58,830 nucleotides of DNA from Patescibacteria group bacterium (GCA_018896645.1 JAHIMF010000062.1:1-58830), one strand, 5' to 3'; numbered from the stretch's first letter, positions 8,144-18,772 are shown. The notes: a model not told the origin generated them from the letters alone. Numbers and translations: made by a program.

Positions 8144-9547
8144 TTAAAATTCCTCAACTTCCGCTTCTGATACCTCCTCACCCCTCTCACCTTCTATAGC
8201 CTCTGTCTCTTGTCTGGGCGCTTGTTCAACTGGTAAAGCAAAAGGCGGTTCCATGCGCTTGGCTTCGGTTTTCTTGAGCAAAGGAGTTCTGATGTCCATC
8301 ATTGGAAAATGCCAAAGAGTTGCCAACTCCTCAATATTCAAAACAAAGCGCGCCCGACCCCGCCAATTACTTCGATATTTATAAGCTAAAACCAATCTCC
8401 GTTGCCTGGCCGCAACCCGACGTTTTATAAAAAAATAATCAATTGTCGTCTTGCTTTTGGGGTGAGGCTTAAATCCGTTTAAATCAAGACTGTTAAATTG
8501 AGCAATGGATCCTAATATCCCATTGACGCCGCGAGGCTTGGAAAAAATATCTCTAGGTCCCCAGTACATAAATCGAAATTTAGTATCAAAACCATGTTTA
8601 GAAATCTTTGCTTCAACAGCCTCTACTGCTGTCCGCTCACCAGGAGATAAATAAAGCATTTGTGAACGCAACGCTTGTTGCTTTCGAGCCACTTCCGTCT
8701 CACTAGTCTTGAAAGAAGCTGTGGCCGTATCAAAAGCGCCCTTAGCCAATTTCTGGCCGGCTTGACCCAATTTGGCAAAGTAAGTGCTAGCCCCATCTGT
8801 TTCTGGCACTTGGGCTCCTATTAATTTTCTAACCAGCCGTACCCCACCCTTAATCCAATCAGGCAGAATGGGTGTAATAACCAGCTGAAGCCAAATGTGC
8901 TCCGTAGGACTGATATTGCTCATAATTTCCAAAAGGGACGCCATGGGGTCTTTAAATTCTTGCGTTAAGCCGTACTCAAAAAACGGATAAGTTCTAATGG
9001 GGTAATGATCCTTGTTATAGGTAACAAATTCCGTGCCCCAAAGATTATACGTTTTATTGGGGTATGCCGTTGGCACGGCCCCGGCATAGTCTTCTACTTC
9101 CGTAATTTCAGCATCCGGATATTGAGCATAAATTGCGGCTTCCACCAAATTCCTAAACAGGGTTGGGGAATGAACTAAAAACTGTAAATACCCGCCATCA
9201 CTAATAATCTCAAAACTGAATTTTGGCGTTAAAAAACCCTGCCAGTACTTTTCCACTAAATTTGGCGTTTTATAACTCCCATAAATTTGGGCAAAAAGAT
9301 TTTCTACGGCTTTCGGGCCTTGCTCATTCTCTTTGGGGACATCCACCGCCAAAAGCACATATTTCTGCTTGCTATAATAAATATTCTGCCGCCAATAAAG
9401 CCAGGCTTCTTTTAAGCCCCAAAGTAAAACAATCAGAAGCAGGACCCAACCGCCGTTTTTTATCAAAAACCAAACACCTTCCCAAGCATTATCAAAACTG
9501 CTTAGTTGGGTCAGGAAACTTGAGATTGAATTCATGACGTTGACCAT
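8144..9547 (-). CDS. Conserved membrane-anchored partner of the TraG-like ATPase
   Basis: N-terminal TM, FSFEIIS, YAQYPDAEITEVEDY, LNIEELATLWHFP; start from leaderless promoter TTGGCA-18-TATAAT. Confidence 0.7.
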   Translation of the reverse strand: MVNVMNSISSFLTQLSSFDNAWEGVWFLIKNGGWVLLLIVLLWGLKEAWLYWRQNIYYSKQKYVLLAVDVPKENEQGPKAVENLFAQIYGSYKTPNLVEKYWQGFLTPKFSFEIISDGGYLQFLVHSPTLFRNLVEAAIYAQYPDAEITEVEDYAGAVPTAYPNKTYNLWGTEFVTYNKDHYPIRTYPFFEYGLTQEFKDPMASLLEIMSNISPTEHIWLQLVITPILPDWIKGGVRLVRKLIGAQVPETDGASTYFAKLGQAGQKLAKGAFDTATASFKTSETEVARKQQALRSQMLYLSPGERTAVEAVEAKISKHGFDTKFRFMYWGPRDIFSKPRGVNGILGSIAQFNSLDLNGFKPHPKSKTTIDYFFIKRRVAARQRRLVLAYKYRSNWRGRARFVLNIEELATLWHFPMMDIRTPLLKKTEAKRMEPPFALPVEQAPRQETEAIEGERGEEVSEAEVEEF

Positions 9548-9788
9548 GTTTTTATTATAACAAAAAAATGAATACAATGCCAATCTACCTCTCGGCCATC
9601 CCTCGACTCCGAGGTCGCTCAGACTCGAGGAAAGCTCGAGGCTGAATGGCAAATGAATGTTTACCCCAATAACGACCGGGGCAGGTCTACAAATGTGCGA
9701 ATACCAAAAAAGCTCCAGACTTTAGTATCCTGAAGCTTCTTGGTTGAAAATATAAAAAATGAAAATATGGATATGTGGATATATTTAC

Positions 9789-10949
9789 TTATTCCAAATC
9801 AACCACATTATATCGTCCATCATCCAATCTCTTAAACTTACTCTTGTCCGAAAGCGCCAAAAGCACGGTGCCGGGTTTCACCATCCGTTGCTTTAGCACC
9901 TCATCAATTATTTCTTCGCGAGCTAAAGGCCCTTTCTTTTTTATAATACCAACAATAACATCAGGCACTATTCCGGGAATATAGCCCCAGTTTTTTAGAG
10001 CGTACACACCCCGGCCAACTAGGATATACTTATCACCCATAATTAACTCATTATGGACAGTAGCCGGGTTAGCGGTTTTGGAGTCAAAACCCTGCTTATT
10101 AATTGCCTCGGCAATCTCGTTAAAATGCAATGGCTTGCCAGTTTTTTCCAGCACTAAATAAATCTTATCGCTCATTCTTTTGGGAACAATGGTTCGCCAA
10201 TCAATCAAACCCCATTCGCCAAAAGAATTTCTCTTGGTTTTAGCGCTGGCTTCCAGGGCTGACAAAATTATTTTATCGGTTGCCTCATAATCTTTATCAT
10301 GAGAATAATCTTTAAAACCAGCCACCAAATTCTCTGCTAAGGTTGGTTTGCCTTGGTTTTCGATAAAGCTATGCAACTCATCTAAAATTTTTCTAAAAAG
10401 CTCAACATCGGCAATCTTTAATTTCCAGCCCGGCATAAAATATTCATCTGCCCTTACCTTTTCTAAATTTTTATCTAAAAGCTTGGAAATAATAAAAAGG
10501 AGGGCTTGTTTTCCAAAATTGGAAACCGATTCATCTTCACTTATCTCTAAAAGTTTGTTTACTAAAAAGTCTTCCTGCATAATCCCGCCATGGAATTCTA
10601 AAGTATCAAAAACAACAGCCTCAAACGGACTCACTAAATCTTTAAACTTGCCGTCTTGTTTGATCTTCTTGATCGCTCTGCTTTCTATCTGCCGGATTCT
10701 TTCGCGAGTAACTTTATAAAACTTACCAATCGCTTCTAGAGTTTGCTTTTTTATTTCCTCGGCTTCATACAAGGCATAGCGGCGTTTAAGAATCTCAACT
10801 TCTTGTTTGCTTAAGACAGCAAAAAGCCCCGCAATTAATTCTTGAGGTTGAATTTGCCCTTTTCTCTCGGCTTGCTGTTCTCGAAGCACCTCATCAAGCA
10901 GGGAATCGGTTTTTTGATTTTTCGATTGGTTGTCATTGTCATTCATCAT
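9789..10949 (-). CDS. Sigma70 region-4 HTH protein with C-terminal winged-HTH (RNAP delta-like) domains
   Basis: TLEAIGKFYKVTRERIRQIE; GKPLHFNEIAE, TVHNELI, GRGVYAL. Confidence 0.8.
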   Translation of the reverse strand: MMNDNDNQSKNQKTDSLLDEVLREQQAERKGQIQPQELIAGLFAVLSKQEVEILKRRYALYEAEEIKKQTLEAIGKFYKVTRERIRQIESRAIKKIKQDGKFKDLVSPFEAVVFDTLEFHGGIMQEDFLVNKLLEISEDESVSNFGKQALLFIISKLLDKNLEKVRADEYFMPGWKLKIADVELFRKILDELHSFIENQGKPTLAENLVAGFKDYSHDKDYEATDKIILSALEASAKTKRNSFGEWGLIDWRTIVPKRMSDKIYLVLEKTGKPLHFNEIAEAINKQGFDSKTANPATVHNELIMGDKYILVGRGVYALKNWGYIPGIVPDVIVGIIKKKGPLAREEIIDEVLKQRMVKPGTVLLALSDKSKFKRLDDGRYNVVDLE

Positions 10950-10979
10950 ATATTTAATCTTTCTTGCATGAGAACAAAA

Positions 10980-11080
10980 GAAACTAAGAAATAAAGAAAC
11001 TAAGAAATAAAGGGCTAAATGTCAAATTTTATAAAATTATTATCCTTTATTTCTGTATTACTTTATTACTTTATTTCCCT
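10980..11080. repeat. Inverted 8-mer-arm element
   Basis: GAAACTAAGAAATAAAGAAACTAAGAAATAAAG ... CTTTATTTCTGTATTACTTTATTACTTTATTTCC. Confidence 0.65.
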
Positions 11081-11270
11081 GAATTTTTCTAACAACTATT
11101 TTCATGCTGACTTTATCTAATATTAGCTAAAAATAAGGCAATCCCTTATTACACAAAATAAGTATAACATAAACCAAAAAATATGTCAACGAAAAAAAAT
11201 TTATTCCAAAAATTTTTATCAAAAAAACAGCCCTATTAGAGAACTGCTTCTATACTCCTTAACTTTATCA

Positions 11271-11525
11271 TTATTTCAAAATCCTTAGCCGCCTCAAATT
11301 CCACTCTGTCCATTTCGCTTGCCTGGCAATCATACTTTTTAAGGTCTTTATCTTAAAAGTATCGCCCAAAGCATGAAACGAAACTGTCACTCTTCGCCCA
11401 TCTGGATGATAATAGCGCTGATGACTGCCTTTTTGCAAGTGAAGATAAAATCCATCTTTAATCAAAGCCCTAATTATCTCTCAAACAGTTACGGAATGAA
11501 GTTTTGAATAATCAATTCCTTTCAT
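11271..11525 (-). pseudogene. hicA: HicA toxin with premature TGA at codon 15 (11481-11483)
   Basis: MKGIDYSKLHSVTV*EIIRALIKDGF..QKGSHQRYYHPDGRRVTV; ATG overlaps the hicB stop. Confidence 0.85.
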
Positions 11526-11806
11526 ACGGAAACAGCTATGGGGAGATCAAAGGTAACTCTTTGACGTTCCTGAACCTTTATTGGGATCTCCTCCCCATCT
11601 TCGGTCATTTCTTCAGCAATCATCTCCAGAACTTCTTGAATATTTTTTAAAGCCTCCTCCTTGGTGTAACCCCAGGTAGCTGCCCCTTGTGATTCTAATG
11701 CTGGACAACAAGCAAACCATCTGTCTTCATCTGGCTCAACTACAACTCTAAAAATATAAGTCTTTGTGAGTCCCACTGATTTATTTTTGGTTAAAACTTT
11801 CTTCAT
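11522..11806 (-). CDS. hicB: HicB-family antitoxin
   Basis: VVVEPDED.WFA.CPAL, TWGYTKEEALKNIQE; leaderless promoter TTGACT-17-TATAAT at 11814-11842. Confidence 0.85.
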   Translation of the reverse strand: MKKVLTKNKSVGLTKTYIFRVVVEPDEDRWFACCPALESQGAATWGYTKEEALKNIQEVLEMIAEEMTEDGEEIPIKVQERQRVTFDLPIAVSV

Positions 11807-11848
11807 ATTGGTAATTATAAAACCGATAAAATAATAAGTCAAATTTTA

Positions 11849-12958
11849 TTAATCTTCATCCCTTAGTTCCTCAAATAACTTCTTCTCTTTCCTGCTCAAC
11901 TTTTGCGGTGTCTTGACTATAATCTCTACCAAATGGTCTCCCCTGCCTCGGCCGCGGAGATACGGAATGCCGCGGTCTGACAGTTTGAATATTTTACCAG
12001 TTTGGGTGCCAGTGGGAATTTTAAGCTTAACCTTGCCATCCAAGGTTTCAACATCAATTTTATCGCCAAGAGCGGCTTGGGAAAAAGTTATCTCTTCTTG
12101 AGTAATGACATCATCTTCTTCGCGCTTAAAACGCGAGTGCTCGCGGATGATAAATGTAATATATAAATCTCCGGGTGCGCCACCCCTGATTCCAGCCTCA
12201 CCCCGGCCAAGCAGGCGAATTGATTTACCAGCAGAGATCCCAGCTGGCACTTTGAATTTAATTTTTTCTTTACTCTGAACTATGCCAGCGCCCCTGCATT
12301 GGCTGCATTTTTGACTAGGAACTTTGCCTTCTCCCTGGCAATCCGGACAAATACCGCTTGTTTGAATAGAGCCCAAAATTGTCCGCTGAACCCGAGTCAC
12401 CTGTCCAGTACCGCCGCAAGTTTTGCAGGTCTCAATTTTCGTACCTGGTTCAGCGCCATTGCCATTACACTTAGGACAAATCACATTTTTATCTAATTCA
12501 ATTTCTTTTTCGGCGCCAAAAGCGGCTTCTTTAAAATCAAGGGCCATTTGAATTTCTATATCCTGGCCGTGTTGAGTTCTGGTCCTGGCTCTTGCGGAAC
12601 GACCGCCCATACCAAATAAATCACCAACAATATCGCCCAAATCATCAAAGTCAAAATTAACTCCGCCGCCGCCTGAACGAAAAGCATCGGCAAAACCGGA
12701 AAAGTCGCGAAAACCGTTAAATCCGGAAAAACCGCCGCCAGCTTGGGCTTGTTCAAATGTTTGGCCGAACTGGTCATATTGTTTTCTTTTTTTCGGATTG
12801 CTCAAAACCTGATAGGCTTCATTGGCTTCTTTAAATTTTTGCTCGTCACCGCCGGATTTATCTGGATGATGCTGGTGCGCGAGTTTTCTAAAAGCCCGCT
12901 TGATTTCTTCTGAAGAAGCGGTTTTGGGGACTCCTAGGATGTCGTAGTAATTAGACAT
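11849..12958 (-). CDS. dnaJ: Chaperone DnaJ
   Basis: J domain HPD, G/F-rich region, four CxxCxGxG repeats. Confidence 0.98.
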   Translation of the reverse strand: MSNYYDILGVPKTASSEEIKRAFRKLAHQHHPDKSGGDEQKFKEANEAYQVLSNPKKRKQYDQFGQTFEQAQAGGGFSGFNGFRDFSGFADAFRSGGGGVNFDFDDLGDIVGDLFGMGGRSARARTRTQHGQDIEIQMALDFKEAAFGAEKEIELDKNVICPKCNGNGAEPGTKIETCKTCGGTGQVTRVQRTILGSIQTSGICPDCQGEGKVPSQKCSQCRGAGIVQSKEKIKFKVPAGISAGKSIRLLGRGEAGIRGGAPGDLYITFIIREHSRFKREEDDVITQEEITFSQAALGDKIDVETLDGKVKLKIPTGTQTGKIFKLSDRGIPYLRGRGRGDHLVEIIVKTPQKLSRKEKKLFEELRDED

Positions 12959-13105
12959 GATACAGCAGATTACAGCAGATTTTTATTTTATACAGCAGAT
13001 TTAAGCAGATTATAACGGATTATCACTTTGAAATTTTTTAGGGATTAAATATCCTTTATATTCCAAAAATAATCTGCTAAAAATCTGCTTAAATCTGCTG
13101 TATGA
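12959..13105. repeat. Inverted 10-mer-arm element (ACAGCAGATT/AATCTGCT) abutting the dnaJ start
   Basis: ATACAGCAGATTTAAGCAGATT at 12990 is the exact reverse complement of part of the right arm (13071-13105). Confidence 0.85.
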
Positions 13106-13144
13106 TTTGAAAAAAGGTGGAGCCATCGCAAAAGGACAGCCCCA

Positions 13145-13468
13145 CTAATTGTCCTCCCAATCTATGCCGCTAATGGAAAAAAGAGCCCCAATTTTTCGCC
13201 TAATCCGCCTGACCAACCTCCATGGGTTTATGCGAAAGAAAAACTTCCTCAAACGCCTTTTCTTCTTTCCTTTCTTTCTGTCTGACCAAAGGTGAAAACC
13301 GTCTAAAGGATGCCTTAGGACATCCCCGAGGCAATGGGAAAAATAACGAACCCACCCGTTACTAATTTTCTTTCTGTGCTTAACGCCCAGATACAAATAA
13401 ACCGAAAAGCTAACAACAGTGGCAACACTCAAAACAATTTTCCGAACAACATTCCGGATTGCTCTCAT
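13145..13468 (-). CDS. Hypothetical basic membrane protein
   Basis: AGGAGG SD; N-terminal hydrophobic segment. Confidence 0.5.
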   Translation of the reverse strand: MRAIRNVVRKIVLSVATVVSFSVYLYLGVKHRKKISNGWVRYFSHCLGDVLRHPLDGFHLWSDRKKGKKKRRLRKFFFRINPWRLVRRIRRKIGALFSISGIDWEDN

Positions 13469-13555
13469 TTTTCCCTCCTTGGTTTTGGTGTATTTAAAAA
13501 ACTGATTGAAAAAGTGAGGGGGAGCTTGGTTGGGCTAAGCTCCCCAATCTCGTTT

Positions 13556-13768
13556 TTATGATACTTTCAAGCCGGCCCTCTGTCGCAGGCCAGCCCAAGC
13601 TAAGGCCTGGCTCGGTTCATCGCCGGAGCCCATGATATCGGCAAATATCTCTTTGTCTCTCTTTGTTGGCAAAACCCTCCTGGCAACCGCCAACATCCTG
13701 TCTTCGTCGCTCTTAACTCCTGCTTCAGGCTTTAATAAATTAACGCCCAGGCTGACGGACTTAGCCAT
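13556..13768 (-). CDS. Hypothetical protein
   Basis: GAGGAGG SD; hairpin GGGGAGCTT..AAGCTCCCC downstream. Confidence 0.55.
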   Translation of the reverse strand: MAKSVSLGVNLLKPEAGVKSDEDRMLAVARRVLPTKRDKEIFADIMGSGDEPSQALAWAGLRQRAGLKVS

Positions 13769-13801
13769 AATCGCCTCCTCTTTTTTGCTTATTTGCCAAT
13801 T

Positions 13802-14230
13802 TTAGTCATCAGTATAAACTGATCCGGATAGTCTCCATTCTTCAAGTTTTGCTTGAAATTCTTTAATGGCCTCCGGGCTCACAGCGATTTCTAACGCTGT
13901 TTTAAATATATCTCGGGCACATTCATCATCCAGTTCCACGCGCAATTGAGAAGAAATAACAAGCCGAAAAATATCATCAGCCTCTAAGCCCCTTAACAAC
14001 TTACAAAGACCGGGTAACATTGCCAACCTTGCCTCTTGAAGCACTGTTTCAATATTAATGAGAAGATGTATCACTGCTCGCATTACCCGCTGGACTGATT
14101 CAATTTGATCAAAACCCTGCAAGTCCACTAAAATCTCTTCAATTGTGGCAAGAAAAAGATTTCTATCATCAGCTCTTTCTTTTAATTTTAGACAAATTTT
14201 ATGCATTGCCTTTTTGGCCGCCTCTTGCAT
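13802..14230 (-). CDS. Hypothetical helical protein
   Basis: AAGGAGG SD, 142 aa. Confidence 0.55.
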   Translation of the reverse strand: MQEAAKKAMHKICLKLKERADDRNLFLATIEEILVDLQGFDQIESVQRVMRAVIHLLINIETVLQEARLAMLPGLCKLLRGLEADDIFRLVISSQLRVELDDECARDIFKTALEIAVSPEAIKEFQAKLEEWRLSGSVYTDD

Positions 14231-14329
14231 GAGCCCTCCTTGTTTGTTTTTCTGCCAGAATTGATAATGAACTATGAACTAAAAAATTCTTCTTTAAACA
14301 CATTTTCAAATTAACAGCCTTATCACTAA

Positions 14330-14740
14330 TCAGGCCTTTTTGCGTTCAAGCCTGTATCTATCTTCTTCTTTCCAAAACATTCCTTCCCGCTCCCACATCT
14401 TAATCCAAAAATCATTGACAATCCAAGTGGTGTAATGATGACGATACTCTAAAGCATCACAACGATTAATATCATGCATGGTTAAAATGCCCTTGACTTC
14501 CAGGCATTGTATTATCGTTGGAATGCCAGCAAACTTAACCGGTTGATGCAAGAAAAAATCTACTGTATAAGAAAATGGCTTGCCTTGTCTGTCATATACT
14601 TCGAATTTTACGTGGGGAGTAAAAGGTATTTCATACTTGTGAAGCAGGGTGGCCATTCTTGCTTCCAATTTGGAATCATACAGGACACCCTGAACCCACG
14701 TCTTCTTACCTCCATAATACGGCGCTTTACTTCTATTCAA
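14330..14740 (-). CDS. DUF1064-like PD-(D/E)XK nuclease
   Basis: YDSKLEA, YTVDF, LEVKG motifs; GGAGGAGG SD. Confidence 0.65.
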   Translation of the reverse strand: MNRSKAPYYGGKKTWVQGVLYDSKLEARMATLLHKYEIPFTPHVKFEVYDRQGKPFSYTVDFFLHQPVKFAGIPTIIQCLEVKGILTMHDINRCDALEYRHHYTTWIVNDFWIKMWEREGMFWKEEDRYRLERKKA

Positions 14741-14791
14741 TTCCTCCTCCTTTGTTAGAATGTTGATATAAATAAAACGAACAGTCTCCCT

Positions 14792-15127
14792 TTATCCTTC
14801 GGGTTTCTCGGCGAAGCCGATTTCATTGTGCGGTAAATCCGCTTCCTGAATTTCGCCGAATTTATCTTCGTACTTTTTTATGTTCTCACCTAACGCCTTG
14901 ACCATCCGTTTTACATGGCCTGGTGTAGTTATCACTTTAGCGCTGACTCGCCCGCTTGGCGGAAAGATGTTGGCAAACATTAAATTAAACTCATCCCTAT
15001 TATGCCACACCTGCATCATATTGGCATAAGCGCCGCCCGGGATGTTGTCGGCGATCTGGATTTGCCTGCCCGCAGGAGAGATGGGTTGCCCTGCTTGTGG
15101 AGTTGGTTGAGATTGTTGTGATTGCAT
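14792..15127 (-). CDS. DUF3467-family protein
   Basis: GAYAN...EFNLMF...VITTPGHVKR...LGENIKKYEDKFGEI. Confidence 0.8.
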   Translation of the reverse strand: MQSQQSQPTPQAGQPISPAGRQIQIADNIPGGAYANMMQVWHNRDEFNLMFANIFPPSGRVSAKVITTPGHVKRMVKALGENIKKYEDKFGEIQEADLPHNEIGFAEKPEG

Positions 15128-15202
15128 AATGAATATTTTATTAATTTATTGGTTTATTGGTTTATTTTCACATTTTCAAATTAACGATATTATTCTAACT
15201 TG

Positions 15203-15224
15203 GAACCATTCGCCCGAATGGTTC
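15203..15224. repeat. 22-bp palindrome GAACCATTCG-NN-CGAATGGTTC, copy 1
   Basis: Second copy at 40363-40384. Confidence 0.7.
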
Positions 15225-15420
15225 AATACTATTTTGCTATATCTCACTATGATACTTCATAATATCATAGTGCAGTTGGTTTTTCGCGGTATGATAGTTC
15301 ATTATATCAAATCGCAGAAACCTGCCCCGAACCCTCTGGCTTGCCGGAGTGGTTTTAAGATCATTAACTTGAAAATATGGGGTCGGCGGTGTGAGCAACG
15401 ACCCCAGACATTTTATTACC

Positions 15421-15813
15421 CTAATGAGTGTAAGCGCACGAAACTGGTTTCGTGCGCTGCAAATAAGTTTGAAACAATTCAAGGTACCCCCCATCTACCC
15501 CATGCTTTTCCAGCTCTGATAAAAACCAAATTCGATCATCACTGGATAAACCACGGATACAATCATAAACCCATCCGCCTGCGTTAAAATCAGAACTGCT
15601 TTCATTCATACTACTGCCAACGAATCGACAGCCAATTTTGGAAATAACAAAATCAAACAAAACCTGCCGATCCGCCTGTCCTAGAATACGTTTTAACGAC
15701 CAAAGCGCACTCTCGATTCGAGTATCAAGTTTCTGTACAAGCCCCCTAAGAGTGCGGCTCGTTTCGTCATCATCTAGGAGCCTTGAGCAAAGCTCCTCAA
15801 TTCTGTCCGCCAT
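15421..15813 (-). CDS. Hypothetical protein
   Basis: AGGAGG SD; hairpin TGGGGTCG..CGACCCCA downstream. Confidence 0.55.
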   Translation of the reverse strand: MADRIEELCSRLLDDDETSRTLRGLVQKLDTRIESALWSLKRILGQADRQVLFDFVISKIGCRFVGSSMNESSSDFNAGGWVYDCIRGLSSDDRIWFLSELEKHGVDGGYLELFQTYLQRTKPVSCAYTH

Positions 15814-15979
15814 AACACCCTCCTTTCCATTTGTACTGCTGGTTAAAATGAACTACCAACGAAACGAACATCCAACTTCCACCCTTGCCCGCGATAGAGG
15901 TCAAGCTTAGCTCTCCGATGACCTCTGCCATGGGCAGGGTAGAATCTGCCTGCCCTAATTATCAATTATTAATTATCAA

Positions 15980-17905
15980 TTATTTCTTATCCTTCTCATC
16001 AACAATCTCTCCCTCTTCCGCTTCATCACTTTTCTTGTCTTGTTTCTTGCTCGCCTCGTCGTCACCTTGTTTCTTGTTACTTGTTTCTTGTTTCTCGTCC
16101 ACCGAAGAGGCGGCATACATCGCCTGCCCAATCTTCTGCGCAACAGTTGACAATTCCTCGGTCGCCTTTTTAATTTCCTCAATCTTATCAGAATCCTTTA
16201 TTTTTTTCAAGGCCTCCGCTTTTTCTTCAATGGCTTTCTTGTCATCTTTACTAATTTTATCACCAGCTTCTTTAAGGGCTTTTTCTGTGGTGTAACATAA
16301 AGTATCTGCCATATTCTTAACATCAATGGCATCTTTCTTTTTCTTATCCTCATCAGCATGAAGCTCCGCGTCCTTTTTCATCTTCTCTATCTCGTCTTTA
16401 CTCAAACCGCTAGAGGCCTCAATGCGTATTGATTGCTCTTTATTTGTTGCTTTGTCTTTGGCCTTCACGTTAAGAATACCGTTGGCGTCAATGTCAAAAC
16501 TAACTTCAACTTGGGGCACGCCACGAGGAGCCGGAGGAATACCGTCTAAAATAAACTTGCCAAGCGTCTTGTTGTCAGTAGCCATTTCCCTCTCACCCTG
16601 TAAAACATGAATTTCTACGGCCGGCTGATTATCCGCCGCAGTTGAAAAGGTCTGGGATTTGGAGAAAGGAACAGTTGTGTTGCCATCCACTAACCGAGTC
16701 ATCACACCGCCCAAAGTCTCAATGCCTAATGAAATAGGGGTAACATCTAACAATAGCACGTCTTTGACGTCCCCTTGAAATATACCAGCTTGGACTGCGG
16801 CGCCAACAGCTACGACTTCATCAGGATTAACAGAAATGTTTGGCTTTTTACCAAAGAATTTTTCCACAGTTTGCTGCACTAAAGGCATCCGAGTCATGCC
16901 ACCGACCATTACAATTTCTTCAATTTCCGAAGTTTTTAAACCAGCATCATCAAGCGCCTTTTTAACCGGCTTTAAAGTCCTTTCAACTAAATCGCCGATC
17001 AGTTCTTCTAATTTTGCTCTTGTTAATTTCATAACAAGATGTTTTGGCCCGCTTGAATCAGTAGTGATAAACGGCTGATTAATTTCTGTTTCACCGGAAG
17101 TGGAAAGCTCAATTTTGGCTTTTTCCGCGGATTCTTTGATTCTTTGCAAAGCCATCTGGTCATTGCCTAAATCAATGCCCTGATCTTTTTTAAATTCAGA
17201 AATAATCCATTCCATAATCTTTTGGTCAAAATCATCGCCGCCCAAATGCGTATCGCCATTAGTGGATTTTACTTCTACCGTATCTTCGGAAACATCCAAA
17301 ATAGAAATGTCAAAAGTTCCGCCGCCAAGGTCATAGACCGCGATTTGCTGGCCCTTCTTTTTTTCAAAACCATAAGCCAGGGCCGCGGCAGTGGGCTCGT
17401 TAATTATCCGTTTAACTTTGAGCCCGGCGATTTCTCCGGCGTCTTTAGTTGCTTGGCGCTGGGAATCGTCAAAATAAGCCGGCACAGTAATAACCGCTTC
17501 TTCAATTTTTTCGCCGAGCCGCTCTTCCGCATCAGCTTTCATTTTTTGTAAAATCATAGCGGAGATTTCTTGAGGAGTATGTTCTTTAGCGCCCATTTTG
17601 ACTTTGACGCCTTCTCCGGCTTTGACAATTTTATAAGACATAAGCTTAACATCGCGCTGGACTTCTTCATCTTCCCAGCGCCGGCCAATTAACCGCTTAA
17701 CGCTAAAAACCGTGTTTTCTGGATTAGTCACGGCTTGGCGCTTGGCTTGCACGCCAACTAAGCGCTCATTATTTTTTGAAATAGCAATAACAGAAGGCGT
17801 GGTCCGCATGCCCTCTTTATTCTCTAAAACTTTTGGTTCTCCACCCTCAATAATGGCCATGCAGGAGTTAGTTGTGCCTAAGTCAATACCTAAAATTTTT
17901 GGCAT
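15980..17905 (-). CDS. dnaK: Chaperone DnaK
   Basis: [27 protein letters not shown]. Confidence 0.99.
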   Translation of the reverse strand: MPKILGIDLGTTNSCMAIIEGGEPKVLENKEGMRTTPSVIAISKNNERLVGVQAKRQAVTNPENTVFSVKRLIGRRWEDEEVQRDVKLMSYKIVKAGEGVKVKMGAKEHTPQEISAMILQKMKADAEERLGEKIEEAVITVPAYFDDSQRQATKDAGEIAGLKVKRIINEPTAAALAYGFEKKKGQQIAVYDLGGGTFDISILDVSEDTVEVKSTNGDTHLGGDDFDQKIMEWIISEFKKDQGIDLGNDQMALQRIKESAEKAKIELSTSGETEINQPFITTDSSGPKHLVMKLTRAKLEELIGDLVERTLKPVKKALDDAGLKTSEIEEIVMVGGMTRMPLVQQTVEKFFGKKPNISVNPDEVVAVGAAVQAGIFQGDVKDVLLLDVTPISLGIETLGGVMTRLVDGNTTVPFSKSQTFSTAADNQPAVEIHVLQGEREMATDNKTLGKFILDGIPPAPRGVPQVEVSFDIDANGILNVKAKDKATNKEQSIRIEASSGLSKDEIEKMKKDAELHADEDKKKKDAIDVKNMADTLCYTTEKALKEAGDKISKDDKKAIEEKAEALKKIKDSDKIEEIKKATEELSTVAQKIGQAMYAASSVDEKQETSNKKQGDDEASKKQDKKSDEAEEGEIVDEKDKK

Positions 17906-18032
17906 ATAATATTTTCCTTTATTACGCCAGCACTCAAAAAATATTTGATGAGTTGATGACGAAAGTTATTTATTGGTTTATTGTTAAATTATTATATTAT
18001 TTTCTTGTTCTTTTGTTTCCTTGATATTTAGT

Positions 18033-18061
18033 TTGACAAAAAAGTGATTTAAGAATATGAT
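18033..18061 (+). promoter_or_regulatory. Sigma70 promoter of an antisense accessory cassette
   Basis: TTGACA-17-TATGAT. Confidence 0.7.
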
Positions 18062-18123
18062 TATAGAAAATTCACAATAAATTTGCTCATTTTACAAAAA
18101 CGAAAAAGTGGGAGGAGCGAACC

Positions 18124-18336
18124 ATGTGGGTATGTCTAAAAAGAATGCAACCGTTGAGCGACCCGTTCAGGACAGAATTCTGCGAGGAGTGCTGGAGGAT
18201 TTATATGCAGGCATACTATATTGAGAATGACTTGTTCTTTGGGATGACAAGCCGACTTGCGTGTCAGGCAGATAATATCGTTAGGATAGAAGAGTTTGCT
18301 AGAATCATTGATAAATGGCTCGAAGAGAACGAGTGA
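18124..18336 (+). CDS. Hypothetical protein
   Basis: GGAGGAG SD; CxxC motif (CEEC). Confidence 0.5.
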   Translation: MWVCLKRMQPLSDPFRTEFCEECWRIYMQAYYIENDLFFGMTSRLACQADNIVRIEEFARIIDKWLEENE

Positions 18337-18383
18337 GGAGTCACAGAAAACATTGTTTGAGCTGATTAAAGGGAGGTAAAAAA

Positions 18384-18740
18384 ATGGATATAATTGATTT
18401 TGGTATTTTTTGGAAAGCAGAAGAGAGCGAAATTATGTTTCAGAAGGATAATTTTACAAAAACGGAAGCGGCGGCAATTCTTTCACAAATAAAGCAAGCA
18501 TGGGGTATAAACACATCTTTAATGCACTTTGCAGATGTTTCTGGCAATATCCTTGTTTGCACAGAAGAAAATGGATCCCATTATATCTTCATTGACAATT
18601 TTGCTCTCGTAGGATTACCGAAGGATAAAGCTGGCGATAAGATAAGAACTGCTAACGATATGGATATCGCCAACTTCTACAAATTCGGAATCAGAAATTG
18701 GAACCCAGGAATCCCGCTAAGAAAACGAGGATTCTCCTGA
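18384..18740 (+). CDS. Hypothetical protein
   Basis: GGGAGGT SD; followed by a terminator. Confidence 0.55.
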   Translation: MDIIDFGIFWKAEESEIMFQKDNFTKTEAAAILSQIKQAWGINTSLMHFADVSGNILVCTEENGSHYIFIDNFALVGLPKDKAGDKIRTANDMDIANFYKFGIRNWNPGIPLRKRGFS

Positions 18741-18772
18741 TGGTCGACTCTTTTGGGGTCGGCCATTTTTTT
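18740..18772 (+). terminator. Intrinsic terminator
   Basis: ATGGTCGACTC-TTTTG-GGGTCGGCCAT followed by a T-run. Confidence 0.75.

Noticed and set aside
13145..15813. Prophage
   Set aside because: No integrase, terminase or structural genes; only a DUF1064-like ORF
16422..17909. Plus-strand ORFs antisense to dnaK (likewise over gpmI, rplL, rplJ, mltG)
   Set aside because: Antisense shadows of strongly conserved genes
17925..17962. Second CIRCE upstream of dnaK
   Set aside because: Only a partial half-site (CAGCACTC) with the wrong spacer; better explained as a hairpin
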